Assembly (NCBI RefSeq): GCF_001194135.2
Contig: NC_068987.1
Coordinates: 88,662,235 to 88,726,093, forward strand
DNA from: Octopus bimaculoides
Taxonomy: Eukaryota
Direction of reading: 5' to 3'
DNA: 63,859 nt
Shown here one piece after another: positions 29,721 through 41,619 of this stretch (the first letter of the stretch is position 1; each line of letters starts with the position of its first letter). The position numbers and the translations under genes are program-made. The notes below the pieces were generated by a model. The model ran no database searches. It was not told the origin of the DNA and saw nothing but the letters and a program-made list of their open reading frames with translations.

Positions 29721-29917
29721 AAAGTAACTAAATTGATGACTTTTATGGGACTTCTTTCTATAAATTCACCACATATCACATACAAGTATTACCTTCATAT
29801 CTTTGAAAATTTACACCTGTAAACTACCAGCAAAATATGAAGAATCAACATTAGAAATTTTTTTTGAAACCTCCAAATTAAAGAACGAATCTACATTCAA
29901 CTTTTTTACACACACAC

Positions 29918-29959
<42 letters not shown>

Positions 29960-30029
29960 NNNNNNNNNNNNNNNNNNNNNNNNNNNNNNNNNNNNNNNNN
30001 NNNNNNNNNNNNNNNNNNNNNNNNNNNNN

Positions 30030-30063
<34 letters not shown>

Positions 30064-30169
30064 CAATATATATTAATGGTAACATGTTATGAAATTGGAA
30101 AGAAATTTTTGTCCCATTTCAACACGGGAAAGTAGTAGATGTGTTTCTAGTCTTAATTGGTAACTTTAA

Positions 30170-31080
30170 TCAAGATATATTTCATCTCATTACTGATTAC
30201 ATAATTACATTTATTTGGCCAAATTTTTGCTCTGTCGAGCGTAAAATCTTTTGGCTTTTCATGCAAAGAAACACTCAGTATTATTTATAAGCTCTTCATA
30301 ATTAATAAACTGTTTCCCCTCTAAATAATACTGCAATTATCTGAAAAGATGATACTCAGATGGGTTACAGTCGGGAGCGTCAAGAAGATAGGCAAAAATT
30401 CCATATTTAGTGCTATAATCTTTTCCTAAATGATTTGGGCAATATATAATTTTACATCGTCGTATAAGTGCAACAACTGTTGACGTCTAACAAATGATGA
30501 GCAGTTTTTCTGCAAATTTTTGTGCACGATTCCAATTGAAAACAATACTTCTCTTTAGCTTTTCTCAGTCTTAGACTTGTTCTTGTTTTTCTGGTAGGGA
30601 TGGATCCTCCTTTTTCATTGGGTCCTAACCACTGTCTTTTTCCTTGGATAAGATCAGAGAGAGCCCACTTTCCAACACTTCTGATGCTTCTACTTCGGGA
30701 AAGGTTTCGTAACTAGTCTACACTTCAATGACGAATAAAAGACAACTCTTTGATTAAAATGACGAAAGACACTGTTAAGATACTTTTCCTAATTCATTTT
30801 TTTATGGCCAAAGTGTGAACTGAATTGAAGTGCTTTGCTAATTCTCGTACAGTTTGCTTTGAATTTCCCTCACCTTCAGTTTTTAGAATCTCGATATTGA
30901 CAGAACACTGTCGCCAGGTTGGGGGAAGTCTGCGAGAGAAAAAATTCCCGAGTGAAACTGGAAAAGCCAACGTTGCCACTTAAGGCTTCATTTCCATAGG
31001 ATGACTTTTTCTTGCTGCTTCCATTGCTGAAGAACCCCTTTTGAATTCATGCAGCATGCAAAGTCTGATAAGGGCCGGTT
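30170..31080 (-). mobile_element. Second mariner transposase remnant, antisense in opsin intron
   Basis: Minus strand gives MLHEFKRGSSAMEAARK, VNIEILK...SKQTVRELAKHF and PDCNPSEYHLFR*LQYYLEGKQF (cf. mariner SPDLAPSDYHLF). Confidence 0.75.
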
Positions 31081-31593
31081 CTAAACTTATTTTAAACGGG
31101 TAAAATCAATACGAATTTAATCACTTTAGTATAATTAATCTACAAAGAAAGACAAGACTTGCAGCATAAAAGTAAATGCTTATTTTACCGTAAGTATTGA
31201 AAAGGTACCCTGAAAGTGATCATGTCAGAAAATGCGGCAGTATTTCCTTTCCAGCTTAATATATAATCTGTATAAATTACAAACGTAAATATGTATTGTG
31301 TGTGTTTGTATGTGTGTGTGAGTGTGTGTGGTGTTTGGTGTGTATGTGTATGTGTGTATATAGTATTAAAGAAGCGTGTACAATCGTAAACTATAATTTC
31401 AATGTAAATTTTATCAAAGTTTACTATATACAAGCACACATACTCACACAAACATTTCCCCACACATAAAAGATATTGCGCTGTAAGTAATCTTTCCACA
31501 CTGGCCAACCTGACAGAGAAACAAAGAAGGAAAAGTATAATGACTGGTGGAATTTAGCCTATAAATACATATACGCACATATGTACGTATACA

Positions 31594-31629
<36 letters not shown>

Positions 31630-31717
31630 TATATACGTACGTATGTATGTATGTACGTATGAATGCATGTAAGTATATGTATACATACACAGTAAAAATA
31701 GACGAATGATTTATTTG

Positions 31718-31840
31718 GTATTGCTACACTTGTTTCATTGAGAGTTTTTAATATGACGTAAATATAGTACAGTCAGGTATGCAGCATACACACACAAGAT
31801 AATGCAATACATTAAACAACCCTCAACTCATCAGGCTTAC
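31718..31840 (-). ncRNA. Hammerhead ribozyme motif with long stem-II loop
   Basis: Reverse complement GC-CTGATGA-GTTGAGGGTT(~70 nt)AACTCTCAAT-GAAA-C-AAGT-GTA^GC. 10-bp stem II, intact core, short stem I. Confidence 0.65.
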
Positions 31841-33335
31841 CAAATAAACAAGCGAATCGTGACATGTTGATTAATCAACAGATCATCACGAAGAGGAATT
31901 TCTAATCAGAATTACCAACATTTAATAAATATAAAATGGTGGGACTACAATCAGTTAATTACAAGGGTGAATAACAGACTGAAGTAGTAAATTGAATAGT
32001 TAAAAGACATTTCTATCCTAAAGAAGTCATTAGACTTAGTAACTTTTCCAATAAAGGCTGGCACTGGCAGCACGGGCTTATATATCAGCAGAGATTAGGC
32101 GTGAAGCATTACATTTAACCCTATCCAACCATATTTTAAGACCGATGCCCACGTTGTTCTAAAAACCCATTAACTCTACTATATTTAATTAGGTACATCA
32201 AGGAGCGACAGTCACCTAATTCATCTAGGCTAAAGTGCTCTGATTCATTATTGCAGAACAAATAAACTAATAGAATATTAGCTTTAATATAAGGAGATCC
32301 AGCTAATTATAATTTAAGGAAAATAGCATAAGGAAAAATGCAGAGAATAGCGAAGGCCTCAACCAAGTTACAGAGGAGAGGAAGACAAAAGAGAGGAAGG
32401 AAAAGGGGGGGAAATAATTGAAATAAATAGATAGCTATTATCTAGTGTCAGTAATCATAACTTACAAATACTTAAATAGAAACAGAATAAGATAAAACAA
32501 TGGTCAGCACATTGGTGGGAAGACAGCATTGGCATAAACAAATAAATGTGCATACTTGAGTAATGAAAATAGTTTAGGAAATAATCAGTGTCAACCTGGA
32601 GATATAAATGAGATCACTTAATCAACTGTAATAAAGTAACGATTTGAAAGCGAAATATTGGAGAAGGGAAAACAAAACCGATATTCCCACTGAGAACTGA
32701 AAAAGAACACGAAACTTAATGTTTCTATTAACTAATATTTTCAAATTTTACCGAAAATGATGCAAATCAACAAAAACCATATAGGTTCAGTATGTAGGTT
32801 ATATCACAACTATAATGTTATAAATTATGGGAATTATTAAGAAAATGTTAGAATAATTTATATAATTTATTATGAATTATGTAAATTTATTATGAATTAT
32901 GTACATGTTAAGAAGTGTTAAAAGTAGTTTATAGGATTATAACGAATTATAAAGAATTATAAAGACCACAACTAGAGAAGATGAAGCAAATACTGTAGAG
33001 TTATCGCCTGAGGCTTGAAGTAAATTAAATATGAAATTAACTTACATAAGATATAAATTATGTAAAATTACATTAACCAGTATCATTCTTAATAATCGTG
33101 GGCAAAAGTAGATTAGATATGAGTGGTTATATGTATTAATAGTATTAAGATACAAACGTAACCTAAATATAATCCATAAATTTTACCAGTGAATGAAATC
33201 TATATTGTAGGGTTATAGAAACGTATCTAGCACTCAGGGAAGATTTTATAGAATTGGTTTAAACTATAAGCTTTGCGGATGGAATGCGAGCATTTGATCC
33301 TTAATTCATTATTATTATTGTCGTTGTTGTTGTTG

Positions 33336-33390
<55 letters not shown>

Positions 33391-33524
33391 AACTACATTT
33401 TTTACTATGACTATTTTTCCTCGTCTTGCATGCACTTCTAGTGTACTTATTGGTCTTAATATGATCAGTTTCATTATCAATTTGTGCAATACCGTTGCTA
33501 ATATCATTTTTACAATCATTGTTA

Positions 33525-33588
<64 letters not shown>

Positions 33589-34114
33589 CATTTGGCAAGC
33601 CTGATGAATTGAGAGTTACGTAACGTATTACATAACATTATGAATGTTGCACATACTGGATATCTAACTGTAGTGTTTATGTTACTATAAAAAACTCTTA
33701 ATAAAATACTTGTATTCGTACAAGATAACCCATTCGTCAATTTTTATTGTTTTACGCTACGCTTAAGGTTCTATTTCATATTTGGATACTTTTGGATATT
33801 ACTGGGGTTGCAGATTACCAAACAACAGCGAAGTTCCCTTCATCAATGCATTAGCGAATTGGATTACCTGTCTGATTTACATCATTCTGTTATTCGCCAA
33901 TTGCGGTGTGCTTTTCTTTGATATGTCTTGATCCTTTATGGACCCTCTATAATCAAATGTACATATATATATATATATATAATTTTTTTCTGTGTTTGTA
34001 TTGTCATACTCTATAAACTATTGGCTGTTACAAATGAGCAACTATCTTTCGGTGGTTTCGTCAAAAATTTTGTGTCGCTAATGTTATATCATTTGCATAT
34101 CACACAACTAAAGT

Positions 34115-34944
34115 GATTAATACATTATTTACATTATTTACATTATTTACATTTGACGGATATTTGTCCTCATCTTGTTTGTTGTTAACACAACGTTTCG
34201 GCTGAAATGCCCTCCAACCTTCTTCAAGTATCTTGGGGAAATTTCGAACCTGGGTTCCCCAAGACACCTGAAGAAGGCTGGAAGGCATATCAGCCGAAGC
34301 GTTGTTGACAACAAACAAGATGAGGACAAATATCCGTCGAATGTAAATAATGTAAATAATGTAAATAATGTAAATAATGTACAGAATTTCTCATCTCTTA
34401 AATATAGAACTGTAAAGTGATTAATCTTCTAGATTATATTTTTAATATTTTCAACTGTTATTTGACAGAAGAATTCCCTAATCAGAACCATTTATCAGNN
34501 NNNNNNNNNNNNNNNNNNNNNNNNNNNNNNNNNNNNNNNNNNNNNNNNNNNNNNNNNNNNGATTAATACATTATTTACATTATTTACATTATTTACATTT
34601 GACGGATATTTGTCCTCATCTTGTTTGTTGTTAACACAACGTTTCGGCTGAAATGCCCTCCAACCTTCTTCAAGTATCTTGGGGAAATTTCGAACCTGGG
34701 TTCCCCAAGACACCTGAAGAAGGCTGGAAGGCATATCAGCCGAAGCGTTGTTGACAACAAACAAGATGAGGACAAATATCCGTCGAATGTAAATAATGTA
34801 AATAATGTAAATAATGTAAATAATGTACAGAATTTCTCATCTCTTAAATATAGAACTGTAAAGTGATTAATCTTCTAGATTATATTTTTAATATTTTCAA
34901 CTGTTATTTGACAGAAGAATTCCCTAATCAGAACCATTTATCAG
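34115..34944. repeat. 384-bp direct duplication on both sides of an N-gap (34115-34498 = 34561-34944)
   Basis: The two copies look identical by eye and abut the 62-N gap; probably an unmerged contig overlap. Confidence 0.9.
34122..34412. mobile_element. Penelope-like inverted-repeat insertion with a 13-bp flanking direct repeat
   Basis: Arms are reverse complements around ~34250. TAAAGTGATTAAT occurs at 34109-34121 and 34413-34425. (AATGTAAAT)n tails; degenerate hammerhead cores in both arms. Confidence 0.75.
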
Positions 34945-35604
34945 TTTAATGGAGAAGTCGGTAATTTTAGGCATCGCACGAAACCTGGCTTTTTGTCACA
35001 CCGTAGAGCAGCAATGTGACGCACTGAATATGAAACTCGATCTTAGAATAGAATATGAAACTCGATCTTAAGAAGCAGGAAGCATTGAATTCATTGCAAA
35101 ATGCTAATTTTTTAATGGCAAAAGTTCGATGCTCTAAAGCCATCTATACGCGGCTACGACGGTGAGGATTCCAGGTGAATCGAACTCACGACCTTGCGAT
35201 TATGAGCCGAATACCCTAACCACAAAGCCACGTGCTTTCACATGAAATAATACTGTGTTTGTGTGTGTGTGTGTGTGTGTGTGCATGTCTGTGTTTGATA
35301 AGTGCGTGTCTATGCGTTTGATAAGTGTGTGAACGTGTGTGAGCGCGTTTCTTCGTGTGTGTATGAGTTTGTGCTTTTGACATGAATATAAACGTGTGCG
35401 TGAACGTGTGTGTGTGTGTGTGTGTGTCTTTGTGTGTGTCCCATCCTCTGCTAATTTACGTTAAGCAAAGGCAGTACTTTTCAAAGTAACAACGTAATAT
35501 TTCTTTCATTTTGTTTCGTTTTTTTTTTTTGTTTTTTGTTCTTTTCGTAAACCCTGAACTCTTATTTGTACTAATTAATCAACACCTTTCTCTGTTCATT
35601 GCAG

Positions 35605-36192
35605 GTATGTTGTAATTGTGAAAGGCTGGGTGAATTATCGAAGTTCGAGAAAAAAATCAGCTTTTGTGTCTATTCTTATTGCTTGGATATACACACTAGC
35701 ATGGTGCATATGTCCTTTATTCGGATGGGGCGACTACATCCTTGAAGGCATAGGATCATCTTGCACCTTCGACTACATCACGCGGACACCACAAAACAGA
35801 TCATATATGTTATGCTTGAATATTTTTGTCTTCTTTCTCCCTATTGTTATTATCCTCATTTGTTACATTAACATTATTATAGCAATGTACAAACACAAAA
35901 AAGACATGCAAAACATTGCGGCTGGTTCACGCAAGCGACAGGGAAACAAAATGAGCGTTGAACTCAAAACTGTGCGGTCATTGGCTGCAGCCATTATTCT
36001 CTTCTGCGCTGGTTGGATGCCTTATTCAGTATTATCTTTAATAGCTCAGTTTGGAAACACAGATATCATTACAAGAGCATCGACCGGTTATCCAGGAATT
36101 GCAGCAAAATGCATAACGTGTGCAAATCCCTTCTTCTACGCATTAAGTAATCCAATATTTCTTAAAAGACTTAAAATTTTTATATTCTGTGG
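35605..36192 (+). CDS. Opsin large coding exon: ICL2 to helix 8 (TM4-TM7)
   Basis: TGCAG acceptor, GTAAGT donor at 36193. Encodes YVVIVKG...YILEGIGSSCTFDY (E181 at 35744, C187)...FCAGWMPY...PGIAAKCITCANPFFYALSNPIF...FC. K296 at 36107-09 lies six residues before NPxxY. SCTFDY, CY.NII..M..H..DM and IAQFG resemble cephalopod/insect r-opsins. Confidence 0.96.
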
Positions 36193-36262
36193 GTAAGTAC
36201 TTTGTTTTTTTTATTGCAATATTTACTATTTTGCATTTTAAAATTCTTTCTTTATCTTTCAG

Positions 36263-36317
36263 AGGTTTAGAAAGAGAATCTCGTTACATCACTATTAATT
36301 CACCCGTTGATAGTTGA
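36263..36317 (+). CDS. Candidate alternative short terminal exon of the opsin
   Basis: 70-nt GT-AG intron 36193-36262 with a strong pyrimidine tract (ttctttctttatctttcAG). In frame it gives (G)GLERESRYITINSPVDS*. No transcript evidence. Confidence 0.4.
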
Positions 36318-36827
36318 TTTAATTTAGGATAAAATAAGTGAAGATTGATGAAAGGATATTTACCGCAACAAGAACAGAATTCTATTTCTAGGGTGATATG
36401 AGTAATCTAGCAAAATATAGCGATCAACTCAGCTTGGTTGCTGGGAACGTTTTTCTTGCGATTTGTCTTCATGTCAAATCACTGGTATTAATTGAGTAAA
36501 ACAAAACGAGAAAAAAACTTAGGGATCCAACAACATACGACAGCGAGAATGAAATATGTACTGAAAAAGGACAAACAATAATAATAATAATAATAATAAC
36601 CCTTTCTACTATAGGCACTTGGCCTGAATTTTGTGGGGAGGGGGACAGTCGATCACATCGACCCCAGTGCGTAACTGGTAGTTATTTAATCGACCCCGAA
36701 AGGATGAAAGTCAAAGTGGATCCCGGCGGAATTTGAACTCAGAATATAGCGACGGGCGAAATACTGCTAAGCATTTCGTCCAGCGTGCTAACGATTCTGC
36801 CAGCTCGCCGCCTTAGTAGTAGTAGTA

Positions 36828-36901
<74 letters not shown>

Positions 36902-37428
36902 TGCTCTGATGCAGCATCATGCAGTGGCTCTCGTGGTTTCTGATCTTAATTGATTGGAATTGTTTACATGTACATGTTTTGTCTTGGTGCAACAGATGCG
37001 CTGCAGCAAATATTCTGCTCATCACCGGAGATGTGCTTGTCCGTTGCTTGACTCTAACCACTTGAGCATGTTTCTTAGAGGCATCTCTGATCATGAGTAG
37101 GAGTTGTGGGGGAGTATCATAGCAACGTTTTAAGAGGAATTATTTGGGGTTCGAATAATTCACCTCTGGAAACATGAGTGTTTCATCGTCCTTAAACCTT
37201 TTTTAGGGATCTTTTGAATGGGATAGGCTACTTGACCAGAAGAAAATTCTAACTGGTCCCCCACCTGCAAGATGATGTACTGTTTTCTTGATATGACGTA
37301 ACGGTGTCACGCATATATGGTTGTGATGCATACACCAGGTGTACCCTTATCAGACGGGTCGTCATGTGGAGCATACTGGGCTTCATATATTTGTACTCCA
37401 GCGTCACTTTGATGGCAGGTACCCGCTC

Positions 37429-37486
<58 letters not shown>

Positions 37487-37487
<1 letters not shown>

Positions 37488-37700
37488 GGCCAGACATCAT
37501 ACTGAATGACTTCAGACAAAAATCATGCCTCCTCATTGATATGACTGTCCCAATCGATATAAACGTATCTGTCAAGACCTACCAAAAACTGAGCAAATAT
37601 AAAGATCTTGAAATAGAAATTAGCAAAATGTGGAATCTGAAGACGAAAACAATACCTATTGTCATAGGTGCCCTGGGAATGACAGCGAAACGGGCTGATT
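37487..37700 (+). mobile_element. 5'-truncated R4/Dong-like non-LTR element (RLE domain), running into a gap
   Basis: RPDIILND..CLLIDMTVP..KLSKYKDLEIEISKMWNLKTKTIPIVIGALG = PD-(D/E)xK RLE. It begins directly after an (ATA)n tract. Confidence 0.85.
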
Positions 37701-38543
37701 NNNNNNNNNNNNNNNNNNNNNNNNNNNNNNNNNNNNNNNNNNNNNNNNNNNNNNNNNNNNNNNNNNNNNNNNNNNNNNNNNNNNNNNNNNNNNNNNNNNN
37801 NNNNNNNNNNNNNNNNNNNNNNNNNNNNNNNNNNNNNNNNNNNNNNNNNNNNNNNNNNNNNNNNNNNNNNNNNNNNNNNNNNNNNNNNNNNNNNNNNNNN
37901 NNNNNNNNNNNNNNNNNNNNNNNNNNNNNNNNNNNNNNNNNNNNNNNNNNNNNNNNNNNNNNNNNNNNNNNNNNNNNNNNNNNNNNNNNNNNNNNNNNNN
38001 NNNNNNNNNNNNNNNNNNNNNNNNNNNNNNNNNNNNNNNNNNNNNNNNNNNNNNNNNNNNNNNNNNNNNNNNNNNNNNNNNNNNNNNNNNNNNNNNNNNN
38101 NNNNNNNNNNNNNNNNNNNNNNNNNNNNNNNNNNNNNNNNNNNNNNNNNNNNNNNNNNNNNNNNNNNNNNNNNNNNNNNNNNNNNNNNNNNNNNNNNNNN
38201 NNNNNNNNNNNNNNNNNNNNNNNNNNNNNNNNNNNNNNNNNNNNNNNNNNNNNNNNNNNNNNNNNNNNNNNNNNNNNNNNNNNNNNNNNNNNNNNNNNNN
38301 NNNNNNNNNNNNNNNNNNNNNNNNNNNNNNNNNNNNNNNNNNNNNNNNNNNNNNNNNNNNNNNNNNNNNNNNNNNNNNNNNNNNNNNNTTTTTTAAATAC
38401 ATATTTTACCTGTGAATTTGCGTGTGTAAACTGGGAATGCATACAATGAGCTTCTCTGCCCTAGGTGTACGGAAACCACTCGGTGAGAGATGGAAGAAAA
38501 TTTGAAGAAAGAAGAAAAAAACAATAATGATAATGTGAAATCG

Positions 38544-38898
38544 CATGGCTCAGTGGTTAGAGCGTCGAGCTTACAATCGTGAAGTTGTGAGTTCGATTCG
38601 CGGACTGGGCTGCATGTTGTGTTCTTGAGCAAGACACTTTATTTCACATTGCTCCAGTTCACTCAGCTGTAGAAATGAGTTGCGACGTCACTGGTGCCAA
38701 GCTGTATCGGCCTTTGCCTTTCCCTTTGCCTTTCCCTTTGCCTTTCCCTTTCCCTTGGATAACATTGGTGGCGTGGAGAGGGAAGGCTGGTATGCATGGG
38801 CGACTGCTGGCCTTCCACAAACAACCTTTCCCGGACTTGTGTCTCGGAGGGTAACTTTCTAGATGCAATCTCATCGTCAGTCATGACCGAAGCGGGTC
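38544..38898 (+). mobile_element. tRNA-derived SINE family B (TGGCTCAGTGG..GTTCGATTC..TTGAGCAAGACACTTTATTTCAC)
   Basis: A and B boxes visible. Related copies, with two tail variants, at about 4160-4485(-), 7665-7860(-), 13414-13720(+), 19845-20130(+), 26575-26885(-), 52990-53140(-), 56698-57036(+). Confidence 0.85.
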
Positions 38899-39964
38899 CT
38901 CAGAATAATAATATGAGCCTAAATATATTCAATCCAATTTAAATAGCTTGGAATGGACTTGAAGAATTTGATGAAATTAAATGCTTAAAAGAACAACGGA
39001 AGTTAGATTAAGGAAAATGGTAAAAATTGTAAAAAAAAAAAAAACCTGATCGCTGCTGCTGCTGAAGCTAATTGGAAATCTTAGACTTCGTTTGGGAAAA
39101 ATAAAAACAAAGAATAATAACAAGAAGCATGCGGAAAAATTGCTTTTTAAGAGCAATAATAATTCGAACGGTATTCTATGGGTGGGCACCAATTGTGGAT
39201 GTTAGATACTGAAAGGTAATGTTATAAAGATATGTTTAGTATTCTAGAGCATGGAAGTAAGGGAGAAATTCTTGGGAATTCTGCCAACCATGGAACTCAT
39301 CTTTAAATTGTTAAAAGATTCAAAATAAAATGACAGCCTACATACAACGTAGACGGTAAGAAATTGCTCCCCAGCTACATGGTCCCGGCTTCGATCCTAC
39401 AGCGTGGCACCTATAGCTCGTGTCTTTACTATAGTCACGTGCCGACCAAAGACTTGTGAGTGGATTTGATAGACAGAAACTGAAAGAAGCCTGTGTTTTA
39501 CGCGCGTGTGTATGCGTGTGCGTGTTTGTGTGTGTGCGTGCGCGTGTTTGTCTCCCACTACCGCTTGGCAAGCGTGTTATGGTTTTTTACGTCCCTGCAA
39601 CTAGTGGATAAACCTGAGAAACCGATAGTACCAATTTTTAAAATATACTCGTTTCAATTTGCTCGCCCCAACACTTGAAGGCGGTGTCCTAGGGGGACCG
39701 CAGTCCAATGACTGAAACAAATAAAAGATGTATCCTTCCAGCTTATCCTCCATAGTTTCTATCGCTTCCTGCACTGTATGCTGTACTTTTCTTACTTTTC
39801 ACATTTTATAATTTTCTCGCTTATTCAGTATAGTCAATTACTTCCCTCTTAGTATTTTATATTCTTGCTTATTCAATATCTTTTTTCCAACATCGTCTGA
39901 TATATCTTATACTCATTCAATTCCATTTTTCAAAATTTAAAGCAATATATATTCTCTTTTGCAG

Positions 39965-40235
39965 AGACGAGAAAGCTAGCAGAAGAGTGAGTTCATTCCA
40001 GACAAGCAAATCGTGGATAGATAAAGATACTCAAATGAAAAATTGTCAGGCATTTAGCAGCGTCAGTGGAGATGCCAGCGGCGAAGTTGAAACTCCACAA
40101 ACAGAAGAAGAGGCCAAAAAACAACTGCAGCAAAACACTGATTCCTTAAACAATACGAAGCAAGAAACGATAGAATTTACTGCAATGGGAGAAGCAAAAG
40201 ACGAAAATCCCGATAAGGAATCGGAGACAGTCTAA
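39965..40235 (+). CDS. Probable terminal exon of the opsin: long acidic, Ser/Thr-rich C-terminal tail
   Basis: attctcttttGCAG acceptor (AG 39963-64). Phase 2 continues the preceding exon in frame: (G)DEKASRRVSSFQTSKSW...DKESETV*, 89 aa open in a repeat-free island. ATTAAA (40337) and AATAAA (40741) lie downstream. Confidence 0.75.
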
Positions 40236-40506
40236 AGTGTATAGAAATGTTTTGAAGTTTTCAGTTATGTTCAGAAATGGAAGGAAAATGGTTTCTTGCA
40301 GGAATAGGTTTCTGCAGAGCAGATATGAAGCAATGAATTAAAGAAAGAAAAAAATGCTTAAACGTATATACATGGATATGTATGAATAGACACACAGATA
40401 CATGCATTGACTATATGAATGCATACTACAACACACAAGCATACGAAAGATACAAACCGTACAAACATGCATGCAGGCATACATGTGTACGTACGTATCT
40501 ACATTC

Positions 40507-40538
<32 letters not shown>

Positions 40539-40669
40539 ACATGTATACATACAGATACATACAAGCAGACAGACATGGACACACATGCACACACACACAC
40601 ACATACCCACACGCACATATATGTCTGTGTGAATAAATGTATGTATGTACGCGTGTGTGTGTGTGTGTG

Positions 40670-40709
<40 letters not shown>

Positions 40710-40899
40710 CATACATACGAAGTTTGTTTAGCGGGTGCAAAATAAAATAGAGTTCTTCAGGGGTATGCTCAAAGGGATTTCATTGCCCCACCAAAATTTT
40801 GCGAAAGGGGTGTGGTGGGGTGTTTGCAACCCCTTGTTCCAGGGCCTATATATATATATGCGTGTGTATATGTGTGTGTGTGTGGTATATATATCATAA

Positions 40900-41072
40900 T
40901 TTTGAACAAACAGTAAGTTGTCATTTTAGTACTCGGAGTTCCAAATGTCGGAGCGAAAAGCTCCGTAGCATTCTCGTAGGTTATTAATGGCCGACGAAAA
41001 TGTAACGTTGCTCCTCGCTCCGAAATTCGTAACTCCGAGTACTATAACGACAACCTCTTACTGTTTGTTCTA
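40900..41072. mobile_element. MITE-like element with imperfect long TIRs
   Basis: AACAAACAGTAAG..AGTACTCGGAGTT..CGGAGCGA versus TCGCTCCG..AACTCCGAGTACT..CTTACTGTTTGTT. Confidence 0.65.
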
Positions 41073-41132
41073 AATTATTACATAAATGAGTAATCCTTAT
41101 CTAATATCGAGGTCTCATTCTTTGGTTGTCGC

Positions 41133-41224
<92 letters not shown>

Positions 41225-41619
41225 CATATATATATATACATACAAAACATTTATTAGTGTGCATGAATGCGTTAACGTTTGTATGTGTGTGTATATATAN
41301 NNNNNNNNNTTTATGGCATGTTGAGCGAATGTCATTTCTTGGGCCTCGGTTGACCCCGTGCCTCGTCTGTGAAATTAGAGGTCCGTAAGATCGAATATAC
41401 CTATGATTCAAATATCCAGCCCTGTCGCACTGTGACGCGCTGATTCCGCCATTGAATTATATTAAATGTATGCGTGTGCGTGTGTGTGTGTGTATACAGG
41501 ATATTCCGGCACGATATATATATATATATATATATATTATAGGGTGCTCAGTGCTAAATTAAAGTTTCATGGGTGTGTAGGACCCGTCTTTCTCATCAGA
41601 TAATAGCAGAACAGAGTTC

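Noticed and set aside
38546-38620. tRNA-like sequences with A/B boxes
   Set aside because: They are SINE heads continuing into family-specific bodies; no complete cloverleaf tRNA gene was seen.
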